In this document: one piece after another, positions 39,114 to 49,689 of the stretch | How the letters are laid out: each line of letters starts with the position of its first letter | Position numbering within the stretch: the stretch's first letter is position 1 | DNA from: Spirochaetia bacterium UBA2205 | Lineage (GTDB): Bacteria; Spirochaetota; UBA4802; UB4802 | DNA length: 64,000 nt | Assembly (NCBI GenBank): GCA_002328585.1 | Contig: DCUV01000032.1 | Coordinates: 189,569-253,568 of the forward strand | Reading direction: 5' to 3' | The notes under the pieces: model-generated | Seen by the model: the letters and a program-made list of their open reading frames with translations, nothing else | Told to the model about the DNA's origin: nothing | Databases searched by the model: none | Position numbers and translations under genes: made by a program

Positions 39114-40316
39114 CTACAATAACACATCAATTAACATGTCCAGATGATCCATAAGTTCTCTTGTAATGAGGAAGTTCTTCCTTACATGTTCTTTTCCATT
39201 TTTCCCCATACTGATTCTAAGCTCTTCATTTTTCAGAATCTCAATTACTTTTTTGGCACATCCATCAATATCATAAGGATCAATAAGGAATCCGTTTTCA
39301 CCATCTATGATCTGTAATGGTATGCCACCAACATCAGAAGCCACTACCGGCGTTCCCTTCCATAAAGCTTCTGAAACAGTTAAGGCAAATCCTTCTCTCA
39401 ACGACTTTTGTAATACCACTGCTGCTTTGGTTTGTAAAATATTGACAAGAACATTGTTTTCCAAGGTAAATAAAATAACATCCTTCAAACCTTTTACTTT
39501 TTGCTGAATTTTATTATAAATGTGCATGCCCTCAGGGTCATCACTTGCCATTGAACCACATAAAATGAGATAACAGTCAACCTCTTGTTTAACCTTTTCA
39601 AAAACTTTTAATACACCTTCAGGATCCTTCCATTTATCAAAACGTGATATTTGTACAATAAATGGTTTATCAGTAGGGATTCCAAATTTATTTATATATT
39701 TATCCTCAACAGCTTGCGAAAGACGAATATTTTTTACAGAAAGAGGATCTATAGAAGGATGGATGATGCGCTGAGGTATCGGGACATCATTTTTTTTATA
39801 TTTCTCATGAGAAACGATCATCAAATCATAATGGAGAATAAACGTTTTCAAATAATCCCATAATTGGACGTTTTGATTAGTAATATCTATATGGCATCGC
39901 CATATCCATGGTTGTCTTTTTCTATAAAATTTAATCATAGATAATGGCTGCGGATCATGAACAATAACGCAATCATGATTTATATGAGTAAAACGTGCAA
40001 AATTTTTATTTGTTTCCTCATATAACTGGCATTTCATTTTTGTAAAGTGTATATAGTCACCCTGCAATGCATTATGAAATTTTTTTGTTACCGAAAAAAA
40101 ATCAGGCGCTCCATGCAGTATTCTCCACCCTGTAAATACACCAGCATCATTCATCAATATTACAAGATTATTTAATATCTCAGCTACACCACCACCCTGA
40201 TATGTTGAATTAATATTCACAATATGTTTTTTTGAGAGTTTAGTCGCTTTACTGTATAGATTGCTTAAAACAGAATCATCTATAATACCCTTATAATCAT
40301 CAAGACTCTTATGCAT
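39114..40316 (-). CDS. treT: trehalose glycosyltransferring synthase TreT-like (GT4)
   Basis: NSTYQGGGVAEIL, FFSVTKKFHNALQG, HDPQP...WIWRCHID, HPSIDPLS, SRFDKWKDP, DDPEG, REGFALTVSEALWKGTPVV..VGGIPLQIIDGENGFL. These match conserved TreT blocks. Confidence 0.75.
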   Translation of the reverse strand: MHKSLDDYKGIIDDSVLSNLYSKATKLSKKHIVNINSTYQGGGVAEILNNLVILMNDAGVFTGWRILHGAPDFFSVTKKFHNALQGDYIHFTKMKCQLYEETNKNFARFTHINHDCVIVHDPQPLSMIKFYRKRQPWIWRCHIDITNQNVQLWDYLKTFILHYDLMIVSHEKYKKNDVPIPQRIIHPSIDPLSVKNIRLSQAVEDKYINKFGIPTDKPFIVQISRFDKWKDPEGVLKVFEKVKQEVDCYLILCGSMASDDPEGMHIYNKIQQKVKGLKDVILFTLENNVLVNILQTKAAVVLQKSLREGFALTVSEALWKGTPVVASDVGGIPLQIIDGENGFLIDPYDIDGCAKKVIEILKNEELRISMGKNGKEHVRKNFLITRELMDHLDMLIDVLL

Positions 40317-40317
40317 A

Positions 40318-42531
40318 TCACATCTCTGCTAACGTAGCAAGCAGTTTTCTTACTTCACTGTAATTTAGTATATTATAGTGCGCATATGATTGTATCATAC
40401 CCACTCTTAATGTATATGCAGATTCGGGAAGCACTTTAAAAAGATATTCATCTGTCCAATCATCTCCAATGGCAAGAATAAAATCATAATTGATATTTGA
40501 TATAAGTTTAAGCACTGCACTACCCTTATCTATTCCAGCATTTTTGATTTCTATTACTTTATTCCCTTGCATAACCAAAAGATTCATATTGGAAGTAAAA
40601 CTCAACAAATAATCTGTCAACTCTTTTACTAAAATAGAACTCATTTCGGGGTCAGATCTGCGGTAATGCCAGACTAAAGAATATTCTTTTTCTTCAATAA
40701 ATGAACCTGGCAGACGGTCAGTATATATTTCTAAAATTTTTTGTACTTCTTCTTTCCATTCATTAGTTGGCATGATATTTATTTCCCAATTTTTATCCTT
40801 TCTCTTTATCCAGACACCATGTTCAGCAATCAATATGATACCTAAAAATCCAAACCAATGATCCAATGTATTTTTATCTCTGCCACTTACAATAGTAAGT
40901 GTATTCATAATATTCTTTGATAACAACTCAAGAAGATTTAAAAGATCTTTATCTGGCTTAGCTAAATCAGGACGCTTTTCAAACGGCACTAATGTCCCAT
41001 CATAATCCAGGCAAATGATCCTGTTTTTGGCTACTTTCATATCATTAAGTATTTTATCTTCAATAACTTTATTAAGTAATCGAGCATTTAATTTTAATTG
41101 ATCCTCTTTAACAGCCTTAACTTCTTGCAAAAAACTATCAGCCCATTTTATTATGTTGTAGCGTTCCAATCTTCTTTGCATAATTGTATTTCGTTGGTTC
41201 TGTTCTTCTTTTGAAATCTCAAGAGCTTCTACAAGTGCATTAACCATATCATTGATATCATTTGGATTTACTATAATTGCTTCTCCTAATTCACTGGACG
41301 CTCCTGCCATTTCACTTAAGATCAACACTCCTGTTTTATCCTCATGCGATGCAACATATTCTTTAGCAATAAGATTCATTCCGTCCCGCAAAGGTGTTAT
41401 CATTGCTATATCGCTGATTATATATAACGCTGCTAACCTATTAAAAGGTTCAAACCTGTATTGATAAACTATTGGTGTCCAGCTAACATTACCAAATTCC
41501 CCATTAATTTTTCCAACCATCTGATCTATATCTCTTTTAATTTTATCGTAATTTGCAACCCCTGTTCTTGATGGTACAACTATTAGTAGTAGCACTACTT
41601 TATTATGCAATTGAGGATAGTTAGTTAAAAATTTTTCAAATGCAAAGAGCCTGTTTAAAATCCCTTTTGTATAATCCAATCGATCTACCGATAAAATGAC
41701 TTTAACATCCGATAGTTTCTTGCTATAATATTTTATTGCCTTTTTTACTTCTTTTAGTCTAATTGCACTATTAAATTTTTTGAAATCGATCCCCATAGGG
41801 AATGTATCTACCCTTGCAACATTATTTTCCAGAATAATTTTATTCATATCATTACTGATTCCTAACAAATAGAGCACGCACCGTAAAAAATATTGCGTAT
41901 AACTATAGGTATGGAAGCCAATAACATTAGCCCCTAACAGGCCATACAGGATTTCTATTGCCCACTTTCGTGGAAGAAGTCTAAATATTTCATAGTCAGG
42001 AAAAGGTATATGAAGAAAAAATCCTATGGGATTGTGTAATGATTTGTTGAGCATCCCGGGTAATAACATTAAATGATAATCATGGACCCATACTATATCA
42101 TCATCTTTTATTATTTCCTTTGAAGTAGTATAAAATATTTCGTTTACCTTTTTATATGCTTTCCAATACTCATCATCGTAAATAGTATATTCAGTAAAAT
42201 AATGAAAAAGTGGCCAAATGGTTTTATTACAAAATCCAAAATAAAACTTATCAATGATATGCTCATCAATATATACTGGATAGCAATGTAACTCCCTCAT
42301 TAGCTTTTCTGTAAGCTCTTCCGCTTTTTTCTCATTTTGAAAATCAAATGTTCCTGGCCACCCTATCCATATATATTCAATATTTTTTGAGGTTGAATCC
42401 TTTATAAAATCGATATATGATTTTAATCCGGTTGCAAGCCCTCCCACACTTTCTTTAATAATCAATCTGCCATTTTTTTCAGAAACTGTAACGGGCAACC
42501 TGTTTGAAATAATTACTAAACGCATACTCAC
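40318..42531 (-). CDS. otsA: bifunctional trehalose-6-phosphate synthase/phosphatase (OtsA-OtsB fusion)
   Basis: GT20 N-terminus (LVIISNRLPV...GGLATGL...WPLFHY) and a C-terminal HAD phosphatase (ICLDYDGTLVPF). Confidence 0.9.
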   Translation of the reverse strand: MSMRLVIISNRLPVTVSEKNGRLIIKESVGGLATGLKSYIDFIKDSTSKNIEYIWIGWPGTFDFQNEKKAEELTEKLMRELHCYPVYIDEHIIDKFYFGFCNKTIWPLFHYFTEYTIYDDEYWKAYKKVNEIFYTTSKEIIKDDDIVWVHDYHLMLLPGMLNKSLHNPIGFFLHIPFPDYEIFRLLPRKWAIEILYGLLGANVIGFHTYSYTQYFLRCVLYLLGISNDMNKIILENNVARVDTFPMGIDFKKFNSAIRLKEVKKAIKYYSKKLSDVKVILSVDRLDYTKGILNRLFAFEKFLTNYPQLHNKVVLLLIVVPSRTGVANYDKIKRDIDQMVGKINGEFGNVSWTPIVYQYRFEPFNRLAALYIISDIAMITPLRDGMNLIAKEYVASHEDKTGVLILSEMAGASSELGEAIIVNPNDINDMVNALVEALEISKEEQNQRNTIMQRRLERYNIIKWADSFLQEVKAVKEDQLKLNARLLNKVIEDKILNDMKVAKNRIICLDYDGTLVPFEKRPDLAKPDKDLLNLLELLSKNIMNTLTIVSGRDKNTLDHWFGFLGIILIAEHGVWIKRKDKNWEINIMPTNEWKEEVQKILEIYTDRLPGSFIEEKEYSLVWHYRRSDPEMSSILVKELTDYLLSFTSNMNLLVMQGNKVIEIKNAGIDKGSAVLKLISNINYDFILAIGDDWTDEYLFKVLPESAYTLRVGMIQSYAHYNILNYSEVRKLLATLAEM

Positions 42532-42570
42532 CTACTTATCTATTTATTAATTATACAATAATCCATACGG

Positions 42571-43629
42571 CTACATCTTGCTTTTTGTTACATAAATAAG
42601 ACTTGTTGGATAGGCAAATTCAATGTTATGTTTTCCAAATTCATCCTTTATCTTAAGATTGATTTCCTGTTGTATGTCCATATATACATTGTAATCATTG
42701 CTGTTCACATAGTATACAATCTCAAAATTTAAACTAAAATCACCATACGAAAAAAAATGTGCTCTATCAAACGTTGTACCATCAAGATTTTCTATAATTT
42801 CCTTTATAATCTCTGGAATTAATGTTAACTGTTCTAGACTTGTTTCATAAACAACACCGATAGTAAAAACAACCCTTCGTCTATTCATTCTTTTATAATT
42901 GCGAACACGAGCATTGGCAAGGTTGGTATTAGAAATAATTATTTGTTCACCGCCTATACCCCGTATCTTTGACGACTTGATACCAATTTTTTCTACTGTA
43001 CCCATGAAATCTTTATCAATAATGATAAAATCTTCAATTTCAAAAGGACGATCAAAGAGCATAACAAAATATGCAAATAGATCTCCCAATATATTTTGAG
43101 CAGCTAATGCAACAGCCAATCCACCTATGCCAAGCCCTGCAATCAGTGGGGTAAGTTTGATCCCCAGATTTTCTAATAAAATAAAGATTGCAAACGACCA
43201 TACAAGAATCTGTATCAACGGATTCAATGCTCTTAATGCTTTTTGTTTTGTTACATTGCCTTCTTTTTGTATTATAGCGGAAATAAAAATTTTAATCCCA
43301 TTGAGAACAAACATCACACCAAATATAGTCATCAGTATTAATACAATAACATCCAATGCCTTCTTTAAGGAAGGATGTAATGTTAATTGTATAATACTGA
43401 TATAGAATGAACATATATATATCAAGGGGATGAATTTTTTTTCAAATGCTTCAACAGCAATATCATCCAATTCTGTTGTTGTTTTCCGTGACCATGATTT
43501 TAATGCTCTTATAATTATTGTTTTAAAAATATAAATAGCTATAACCGCAGCAATAAAAATTAACAAACTTATACAATAATCTTTTAATGTATTACCAAAC
43601 AACGTTATATTGAGCAACCTTTCAAGCAT
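42571..43629 (-). CDS. mechanosensitive ion channel MscS family
   Basis: TM3 region GIGGLAVALAAQNILGDLFAYFVMLFDRPFEIEDFI. Confidence 0.85.
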   Translation of the reverse strand: MLERLLNITLFGNTLKDYCISLLIFIAAVIAIYIFKTIIIRALKSWSRKTTTELDDIAVEAFEKKFIPLIYICSFYISIIQLTLHPSLKKALDVIVLILMTIFGVMFVLNGIKIFISAIIQKEGNVTKQKALRALNPLIQILVWSFAIFILLENLGIKLTPLIAGLGIGGLAVALAAQNILGDLFAYFVMLFDRPFEIEDFIIIDKDFMGTVEKIGIKSSKIRGIGGEQIIISNTNLANARVRNYKRMNRRRVVFTIGVVYETSLEQLTLIPEIIKEIIENLDGTTFDRAHFFSYGDFSLNFEIVYYVNSNDYNVYMDIQQEINLKIKDEFGKHNIEFAYPTSLIYVTKSKM

Positions 43630-44037
43630 AGCAATATCCTCACATTATCATGTAATCAAAGGTAATAGTTATTGTATGAAATGAGAAGAACTTATTGCAA
43701 AAAAATTATGTAAGTAGATATGTTCATCTGTGAATTATACACATATTATAATTATTATAATACTTTATTAAATACTCATGACTTTGCCCTATTATAAATC
43801 ATATTGAATATCTATGATAAATTTATACTTTGTCAAACTTTTTTCATATTTTAAGTAACTATCGCACCCCGCTATTGCTTTATATGTTTTGTAATCTTTG
43901 AATCATGGTCATGGAACGTATTCAACCATTGATTGCAACTTCTTATGTTTTATTGCAAAAAATATTGTACTTGATTTCTATGTCAAGACTCGTAATTAAA
44001 TCCTATACTATAGCTATTATAATTTACAAAACTTTCA

Positions 44038-44544
44038 ATGCAGGGTAAAATTATGAAAAAAGTATCTCCTAAAAGTCAAAGATGGTTAAAAGCTTTCCAT
44101 ATACTATGTGCTTCATTATGGGTTGGCGGTGCAATCACAATATCAAGCAAGCAATTTTTTATACAGGCAAAAACTGATGGTGAATTATACGGTATTCTGT
44201 CCGCCATGGATTATGTTGATTTTTTTATTATCATTCCTGGCGCCCTTGGTTGTTTTATTACCGGCTTTATGTATTCAACGTTGACAACATGGGGGTGGTT
44301 TAAATACAGATGGATTATTGTTAAATGGATACTATGTCTATATGGTATTATTTTTGGCACTTTTTTTCTGGGTCCATGGCTTGTCACATTAGTACAATTA
44401 TCACAGACCTATGGTTTAAAAGCATTGACTAATCCTTTATTCTGCTATTATTTAACTATGCTTATGGTATTTGGAACCTTTCAAGCAGCTACGCTTGTTT
44501 TTGCTTGCTTTATTTCCAGCTTAAAACCATGGGGAAAAAGGTGA
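44038..44544 (+). CDS. hypothetical membrane protein
   Basis: Four hydrophobic helices. Start is 44038 or 44053. Confidence 0.45.
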   Translation: MQGKIMKKVSPKSQRWLKAFHILCASLWVGGAITISSKQFFIQAKTDGELYGILSAMDYVDFFIIIPGALGCFITGFMYSTLTTWGWFKYRWIIVKWILCLYGIIFGTFFLGPWLVTLVQLSQTYGLKALTNPLFCYYLTMLMVFGTFQAATLVFACFISSLKPWGKR

Positions 44545-44551
44545 GTTGTTT

Positions 44552-44971
44552 ATGGCAACCATTACTGAATACATAACTGTAGCAACAAAAGGTCAGGGTG
44601 ATATCATTGATATAACCATGGATGCGCAAGCGATAGTTACTAATAATACTATTAACAATGGGCTATTGTGCCTTTTTGTGCCAGGTTCCACTGCTGCTAT
44701 CACCACCATTGAATACGAGCCGGGCTTACAGAAAGATATAAATATTTTTCTTGAAACAATCATTCCACGCAATGCTCATTATCATCATCACGATACCTGG
44801 CATGATGACAATGGTTCGTCGCACCTGCGAGCTGCAATGATAGGTGCTTCAATCACTGTGCCAATAGTTCAGGGTAAGCTTACACTGGGAACATGGCAGC
44901 AGATAGTATTAATAGAATGCGATACCCGAAAAAGAGATAGGAAGATAGTAGCTCAGATTGTATATTCATAG
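44552..44971 (+). CDS. YjbQ/UPF0047 family protein (secondary thiamine-phosphate synthase-like)
   Basis: GLLCLFVPGSTAAITTIE...HHHD...H...GASITVP...LTLGTWQQIVL.E. Start assigned to the ATG at 44552 (GGTGAG RBS 7 nt upstream) rather than the TTG at 44546. Confidence 0.75.
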   Translation: MATITEYITVATKGQGDIIDITMDAQAIVTNNTINNGLLCLFVPGSTAAITTIEYEPGLQKDINIFLETIIPRNAHYHHHDTWHDDNGSSHLRAAMIGASITVPIVQGKLTLGTWQQIVLIECDTRKRDRKIVAQIVYS

Positions 44972-45319
44972 ATTGCATTAATGTTAACTACATCCCTTTC
45001 TATTTCTATAATGATAACTGTGCAAATTGGGGTATTATATTGCTCACTATGCGATGCATTGTCACCCGTTTCATTATGGCAAATACTTATTGCCAATGTT
45101 GCCGTATAATTTTAAAATTATTTTACCACTGAAATCGTACTATAAATAAAATTAACTGCACCATACCATATACACACGCTTGCAATTTACCAATTTATCA
45201 TTGTAATTAACGAAATAGTCATAACCGGATCATAAATCACATATCCCAGTTTTTTACTTGACTTTCCATAATTATTAATTATAGTAAAACCAAATTTATA
45301 ATAATTACAGGAGGATGCT

Positions 45320-46033
45320 ATGCCACAGGAATTTAAAGCTGGTTGTACTCGTCCCACACCTCCCGAAGAAGCCGTTAAACCAATCTCTACTGAAAATACT
45401 ATTCAAAAAAAGGAGGAGAATGCTATGATACACGTTGGTCAAAAAGCCCCGGATTTTTCGCTTCCCGCATACCTGAAAGGGAAATTTGTTGAGGTTAAGC
45501 TATCTGAATACATGGGAAAGTGGGTTGTGCTTTGTTTTTACCCCGGTGATTTTACCTTTGTCTGAGCTACAGAGGTTTCTGCGGTCGCAGAAAAATATCC
45601 TGAATTTCAAAAATTGGGCGTTGAAGTGCTTTCTGCAAGCGTTGATAGCGTTTTTGTCCATAAGATGTGGAACGATTTTGAATTGTCAAAAATGGTAAAA
45701 GGTGGCATACCGTTCCCCATGCTTTCTGATGCTGGTGGAAATATTGGGACACTGTATGGTGTGTACAATAGCAGTGCCGGTGTTGAAAATAGAGGGCGTT
45801 TTTTAATTGATCCTGATGGTACCATTGTTGGCTATGAAGTTTTAACACCACCGGTTGGGCGTAATGTTCTGGAAACTATCCGACAAATTCAGGCTTTCCA
45901 ATTGGTTCGTGAATCTAAAGGAACTCAAGCAACACCTTCAGGATGGCGTCCGGGCAAAGACACGTTAAAACCAGCTCCCGATCTGGTAGGCAAGGTGTGG
46001 GAAGTTTGGTCTGTTGATAAAGCTTTTGATTAA
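45320..46033 (+). CDS. peroxiredoxin (AhpC/Prx1-like) with in-frame TGA at the peroxidatic position - candidate selenoprotein (Sec-Prx)
   Basis: ORFs 45320-45565 and 45614-46033 share one frame and are separated only by the TGA at 45563-45565. The conceptual read-through gives [17 protein letters not shown]..., matching FYPLDFTFVCPTE. An alternative start is the ATG at 45425 ([11 protein letters not shown]); both starts are preceded by AGGAGG. Confidence 0.75.
45576..45593 (+). promoter_or_regulatory. candidate bacterial SECIS hairpin (UUCUGC-GGUC-GCAGAA)
   Basis: 7-bp stem with a GGUC apical loop beginning 11 nt 3' of the in-frame UGA. The spacing and G/U-containing loop resemble the E. coli fdhF SECIS. 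Confidence 0.6.
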
Positions 46034-46129
46034 AATTTTTTAAAAAATGCTTGATTTTTTTTAATATTATATTACAATATTATTAAGCTATTTGTATGCT
46101 ATAATTCGACTATCAAACATTTAATAATT

Positions 46130-47071
46130 ATGAGCTATACAGCATATTGCTTTCATCCACATTATTTAAACCATATAACAGGGGATTCCCATCCTGAATC
46201 CCCTAAACGCCTTGAACAATTAGATAAATATATCCGTAATAATAACAATTATTCATCATTGCTGTATGTCCAGCCACGGAAAGCAGACCCAAAAGTGTTA
46301 TCTTATGCTCATGATATTAATTATATTCAATCAATAGCCAATGCAAAACCCAATGGTATAACCTGTATTGATGGGTATGATACAGTAATATGCGATGAAA
46401 CGTATGATGTATCATTATGGGCAGTAGGTGGTATTTTAGAGGTATGTGACTATATCATGGCTGGTGAAGCTCACAATGGATTTTGCGCCATTCGCCCTCC
46501 GGGTCATCATGCGGAGATAGCTCAGGCTATGGGTTTTTGCATATTTAATAATATAGCAATAGCTGCTCGCTATTTACAGTATACTTACAATATCCAGAAA
46601 ATTGCTATTATTGATTGGGATGCCCATCACGGCAATGGTACTCAGCATATTTTTGAAGCCGACCCTTCTGTTTTTTATATCAGCCTCCACCAATTCCCTT
46701 TTTATCCCGGTACCGGCAGTGTTGATGAAATTGGCATTGGACCCGGTTATGGATATACTCTTAATATTCCAATGAATTCGGGAAGCAATGATAAAACCTA
46801 TAAAAGTGCATTCACTGAAATCATAATCCCTGCACTTGATCATTTTCAACCGGAATTTATATTAATATCAGCCGGTTTTGATGCCCATAAAAGCGATCCC
46901 CTATCCTCATTAAATGTATCAAGTAGTGCGTACTACATGTTCACGCGAATGCTGTTAGATATTGCACATCAATATTCCAACAAACATGTGCTTGTAGTGC
47001 TTGAAGGTGGTTACGAAATCAATTCAATGATAGAAAGTGTTGACTATGTGCTGAAAGCCCTAATGGAATAA
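46130..47071 (+). CDS. histone deacetylase family protein (AcuC/HDAC-like amidohydrolase)
   Basis: HPESPKRL, and DWDAHHGNGTQ metal-binding motifs. Confidence 0.85.
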   Translation: MSYTAYCFHPHYLNHITGDSHPESPKRLEQLDKYIRNNNNYSSLLYVQPRKADPKVLSYAHDINYIQSIANAKPNGITCIDGYDTVICDETYDVSLWAVGGILEVCDYIMAGEAHNGFCAIRPPGHHAEIAQAMGFCIFNNIAIAARYLQYTYNIQKIAIIDWDAHHGNGTQHIFEADPSVFYISLHQFPFYPGTGSVDEIGIGPGYGYTLNIPMNSGSNDKTYKSAFTEIIIPALDHFQPEFILISAGFDAHKSDPLSSLNVSSSAYYMFTRMLLDIAHQYSNKHVLVVLEGGYEINSMIESVDYVLKALME

Positions 47072-48151
47072 TTAGCGAAAACTATATTCAATATAATTGT
47101 TATTAATAGAAGCCCTATCTACAAAATTACCATCCAGCGACTTGGATATTTGTAAAAAATGGTGCAAAAGGTGTGTTGCATCATCTGCATTCAGTACTCC
47201 GGGCTGTATAATCTGATCATCAAATTTACCTTTAATGGCATAGACACGTATTTTTGTTATTTTCCCTTCAGGGGCAATATATAAAGCGCATGCAATAGTA
47301 TCATTGATACCTTCATGCTTTGATCCAAATAAAAAATTTCCCAGTGAATAGATAATAGGTTTGTTTTTATATATTTCAATACCCTGATAAACATGCGGAT
47401 GATGACCAGCAATAACATCTGCTCCAGCATCTATCAGCGCATGAGCTATTTCAATCTGTTTTGAAGAAGGATAGTAAAAATATTCATTACCCCAGTGAAG
47501 ATTAATAACAATGAAATCTGCAAAATTATATTTTTGAATATCCTGTATAGCCTTTGATAATTCAAAAAAATTTACACCGGGGTTGCCCCTCGCAACCATA
47601 TCCCTGGAGCAGATTTGAGTATAGCATATAATCACCATCTGCATGGCACCCAATTTATAAAATATTGGCCGAGAAGCTGTTGTTTCATTAATCCCTGCTC
47701 CTGCATATACTATACCATAAGAAGAAAGAGCAACAAGCGTGTCGGTTAACCCGCCAATACCATAATCTAACATATGATTATTTGCTATGGTCACGGCCTG
47801 TATACCTGCTTTATTCAGCAGGTGAGCAGTATCCATAGTTGCTTTAAAGATATATTTTTTATCAAGAGAACTATCGCCAAAACCTTTATTGGTCAAAGGT
47901 GCTTCCAGATTTGCCATGACAAAGTCAAATGAATGTAAAAAGCTTTGTATGTTTTGCAGGGGATAATCAGCACCCTTTTTGCTCATAGTATCATTAACTG
48001 CCCATTCAAACATCATATCGCCAACAAAAAGAACACTGCTTTCTGAAGATAATGCTGGATACTGCTCTGGTACGCGATACCCGGCAGTTGAGCAGCATAA
48101 TCCAGCGTGCAACAACAGCACTATAATGAAACCAATTCTTTGCACTTTCAT
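47072..48151 (-). CDS. CapA-family poly-gamma-glutamate synthesis-like metallophosphatase
   Basis: N-terminal anchor/signal, and GNHMLDYG, INLHWGNEY, IAGHHPHV motifs. Confidence 0.75.
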   Translation of the reverse strand: MKVQRIGFIIVLLLHAGLCCSTAGYRVPEQYPALSSESSVLFVGDMMFEWAVNDTMSKKGADYPLQNIQSFLHSFDFVMANLEAPLTNKGFGDSSLDKKYIFKATMDTAHLLNKAGIQAVTIANNHMLDYGIGGLTDTLVALSSYGIVYAGAGINETTASRPIFYKLGAMQMVIICYTQICSRDMVARGNPGVNFFELSKAIQDIQKYNFADFIVINLHWGNEYFYYPSSKQIEIAHALIDAGADVIAGHHPHVYQGIEIYKNKPIIYSLGNFLFGSKHEGINDTIACALYIAPEGKITKIRVYAIKGKFDDQIIQPGVLNADDATHLLHHFLQISKSLDGNFVDRASINNNYIEYSFR

Positions 48152-48834
48152 TAATGCCCTTTCTGGATATAAGGATACAGATAAAGCTCACCTGCTATAA
48201 AATCCTTTATATTGGGCAAGTCTTCAACATCCTGCATCTGCGATGCAATAAGCGATTCTGGATACGAGCATTGAAACTCCTTTATTGATATATGGAAGTG
48301 ACGTGCCTGAATTAATAATTGTAAAAAAGCAGTATCAGAAAATTCTGTTATTTCAAAACTATCACAATGCTTCATTGCAATCCCTTTAACAGGTGACAGG
48401 GGGTCAACGATATACAATCCTGTTTCATTATTCAGGTAGGTAACAATTTCTTCATAAAACCCTTTAGGAGCGCTGTATGAGGAAGGTAGTCTATTCCCTG
48501 TAATAATATCTGATGATTCAAAATGCTGAACGTAAGTTGCTATTGCCTGCCAGCCGGTAAACGCTTCAACAGGCATTATAAATAGGTAGTGCAATGAAAA
48601 ATCCCGTGCATACGATAGTGCACTGACCAGCGCTCCTCCATACCCCAACGGTTCTTCATGAATGACAAAATGTATTCCAGCATCAGCAAGTTCAGATGCA
48701 GATTCAATCTCCACGCCATCATTGATGACAAGTGGCATCATGTTGGGAAAAGGACATTCCTGTATATTGTCCAAATTCTTTTGTATCAATTCCTCATTAT
48801 TGCGGGCAATAAAAGCTGCTAATATATCACTCAT
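48151..48834 (-). CDS. glycosyltransferase family 2-like protein (divergent, no clear DXD)
   Basis: LVINDG...EEPLGYGGALVSALSYAR resembles the GT2 nucleotide-binding region. Overlaps its neighbours by 1 and 8 nt. Confidence 0.4.
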   Translation of the reverse strand: MSDILAAFIARNNEELIQKNLDNIQECPFPNMMPLVINDGVEIESASELADAGIHFVIHEEPLGYGGALVSALSYARDFSLHYLFIMPVEAFTGWQAIATYVQHFESSDIITGNRLPSSYSAPKGFYEEIVTYLNNETGLYIVDPLSPVKGIAMKHCDSFEITEFSDTAFLQLLIQARHFHISIKEFQCSYPESLIASQMQDVEDLPNIKDFIAGELYLYPYIQKGH

Positions 48835-49651
48835 GTGGTAACATCCTGTTTAAATTTCCTGATGAAAAACCTTCACAATCAACCGTTACGTATAAAAAAC
48901 CAAGTTCCTTTATAAAAGCAACAACTTTATTACGGAGGGTTGTATCCATAAAATATGCAATTTCTTCTTCTGGTATCTCAATACGTGCAATGGGATAATG
49001 ATACCGCACCCGTACCGCTGTAAATCCCAATCCGGCAATAAAAGTCTCTGCTTTTGCAATACTATCAAGCATATTATTTGTTATGTTAGTATGGTACGGT
49101 ATGCGCGTTGCTAAACATGAGTTGGAAAATTGTGCATGCGGTATCTGCATATCTGCCAGAGCACTATAAATATCATCTTTTGTTATGCCAGCCTCAACAA
49201 ACGGCGATAGTATCCCTAATTCTTCCAGCGCCTTTTTTCCGGGCCTATAATCGTTACAATCCGAAGCATTGCTTGCATCTATGACATTTATAAAACTATT
49301 AGCGTGTGCATACGCAAGAATATTTTTAAAAATTTCATGTTTACAGTAGTAGCACCGCATTTCAGTATTTGCTATAATCTGGCGATTGCTCATTACCGAT
49401 ACTGTAATCTCGTGATACGGGATACGATGGTTCTGTGCAAAATAACGGGCATATTCTGTTTCGCCCGGAATGGTAAATTCGCTGATGCAATGAACCGCAC
49501 AAAAATCCATACTCCGGCGCATAGATATTGCAGCAAGCAATGTTGAATCATTACCCCCGGAATATGCCACGATAAACGGCTGGAGTTTTCTCAATATTTG
49601 ATGTACTTGTTCAATCTTTTTTTCATCCATACGGTAACCATTATACCACAA
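48827..49651 (-). CDS. PP-loop ATP pyrophosphatase, LarE-like (TIGR00268 family)
   Basis: SGGNDS PP-loop, and a CYYCK cysteine pair at the position of the LarE sacrificial Cys. Confidence 0.6.
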   Translation of the reverse strand: MWYNGYRMDEKKIEQVHQILRKLQPFIVAYSGGNDSTLLAAISMRRSMDFCAVHCISEFTIPGETEYARYFAQNHRIPYHEITVSVMSNRQIIANTEMRCYYCKHEIFKNILAYAHANSFINVIDASNASDCNDYRPGKKALEELGILSPFVEAGITKDDIYSALADMQIPHAQFSNSCLATRIPYHTNITNNMLDSIAKAETFIAGLGFTAVRVRYHYPIARIEIPEEEIAYFMDTTLRNKVVAFIKELGFLYVTVDCEGFSSGNLNRMLPHE

Positions 49652-49689
49652 ATACCTTTTAGTGCAACTACTCTATAGAATCAATGTAT

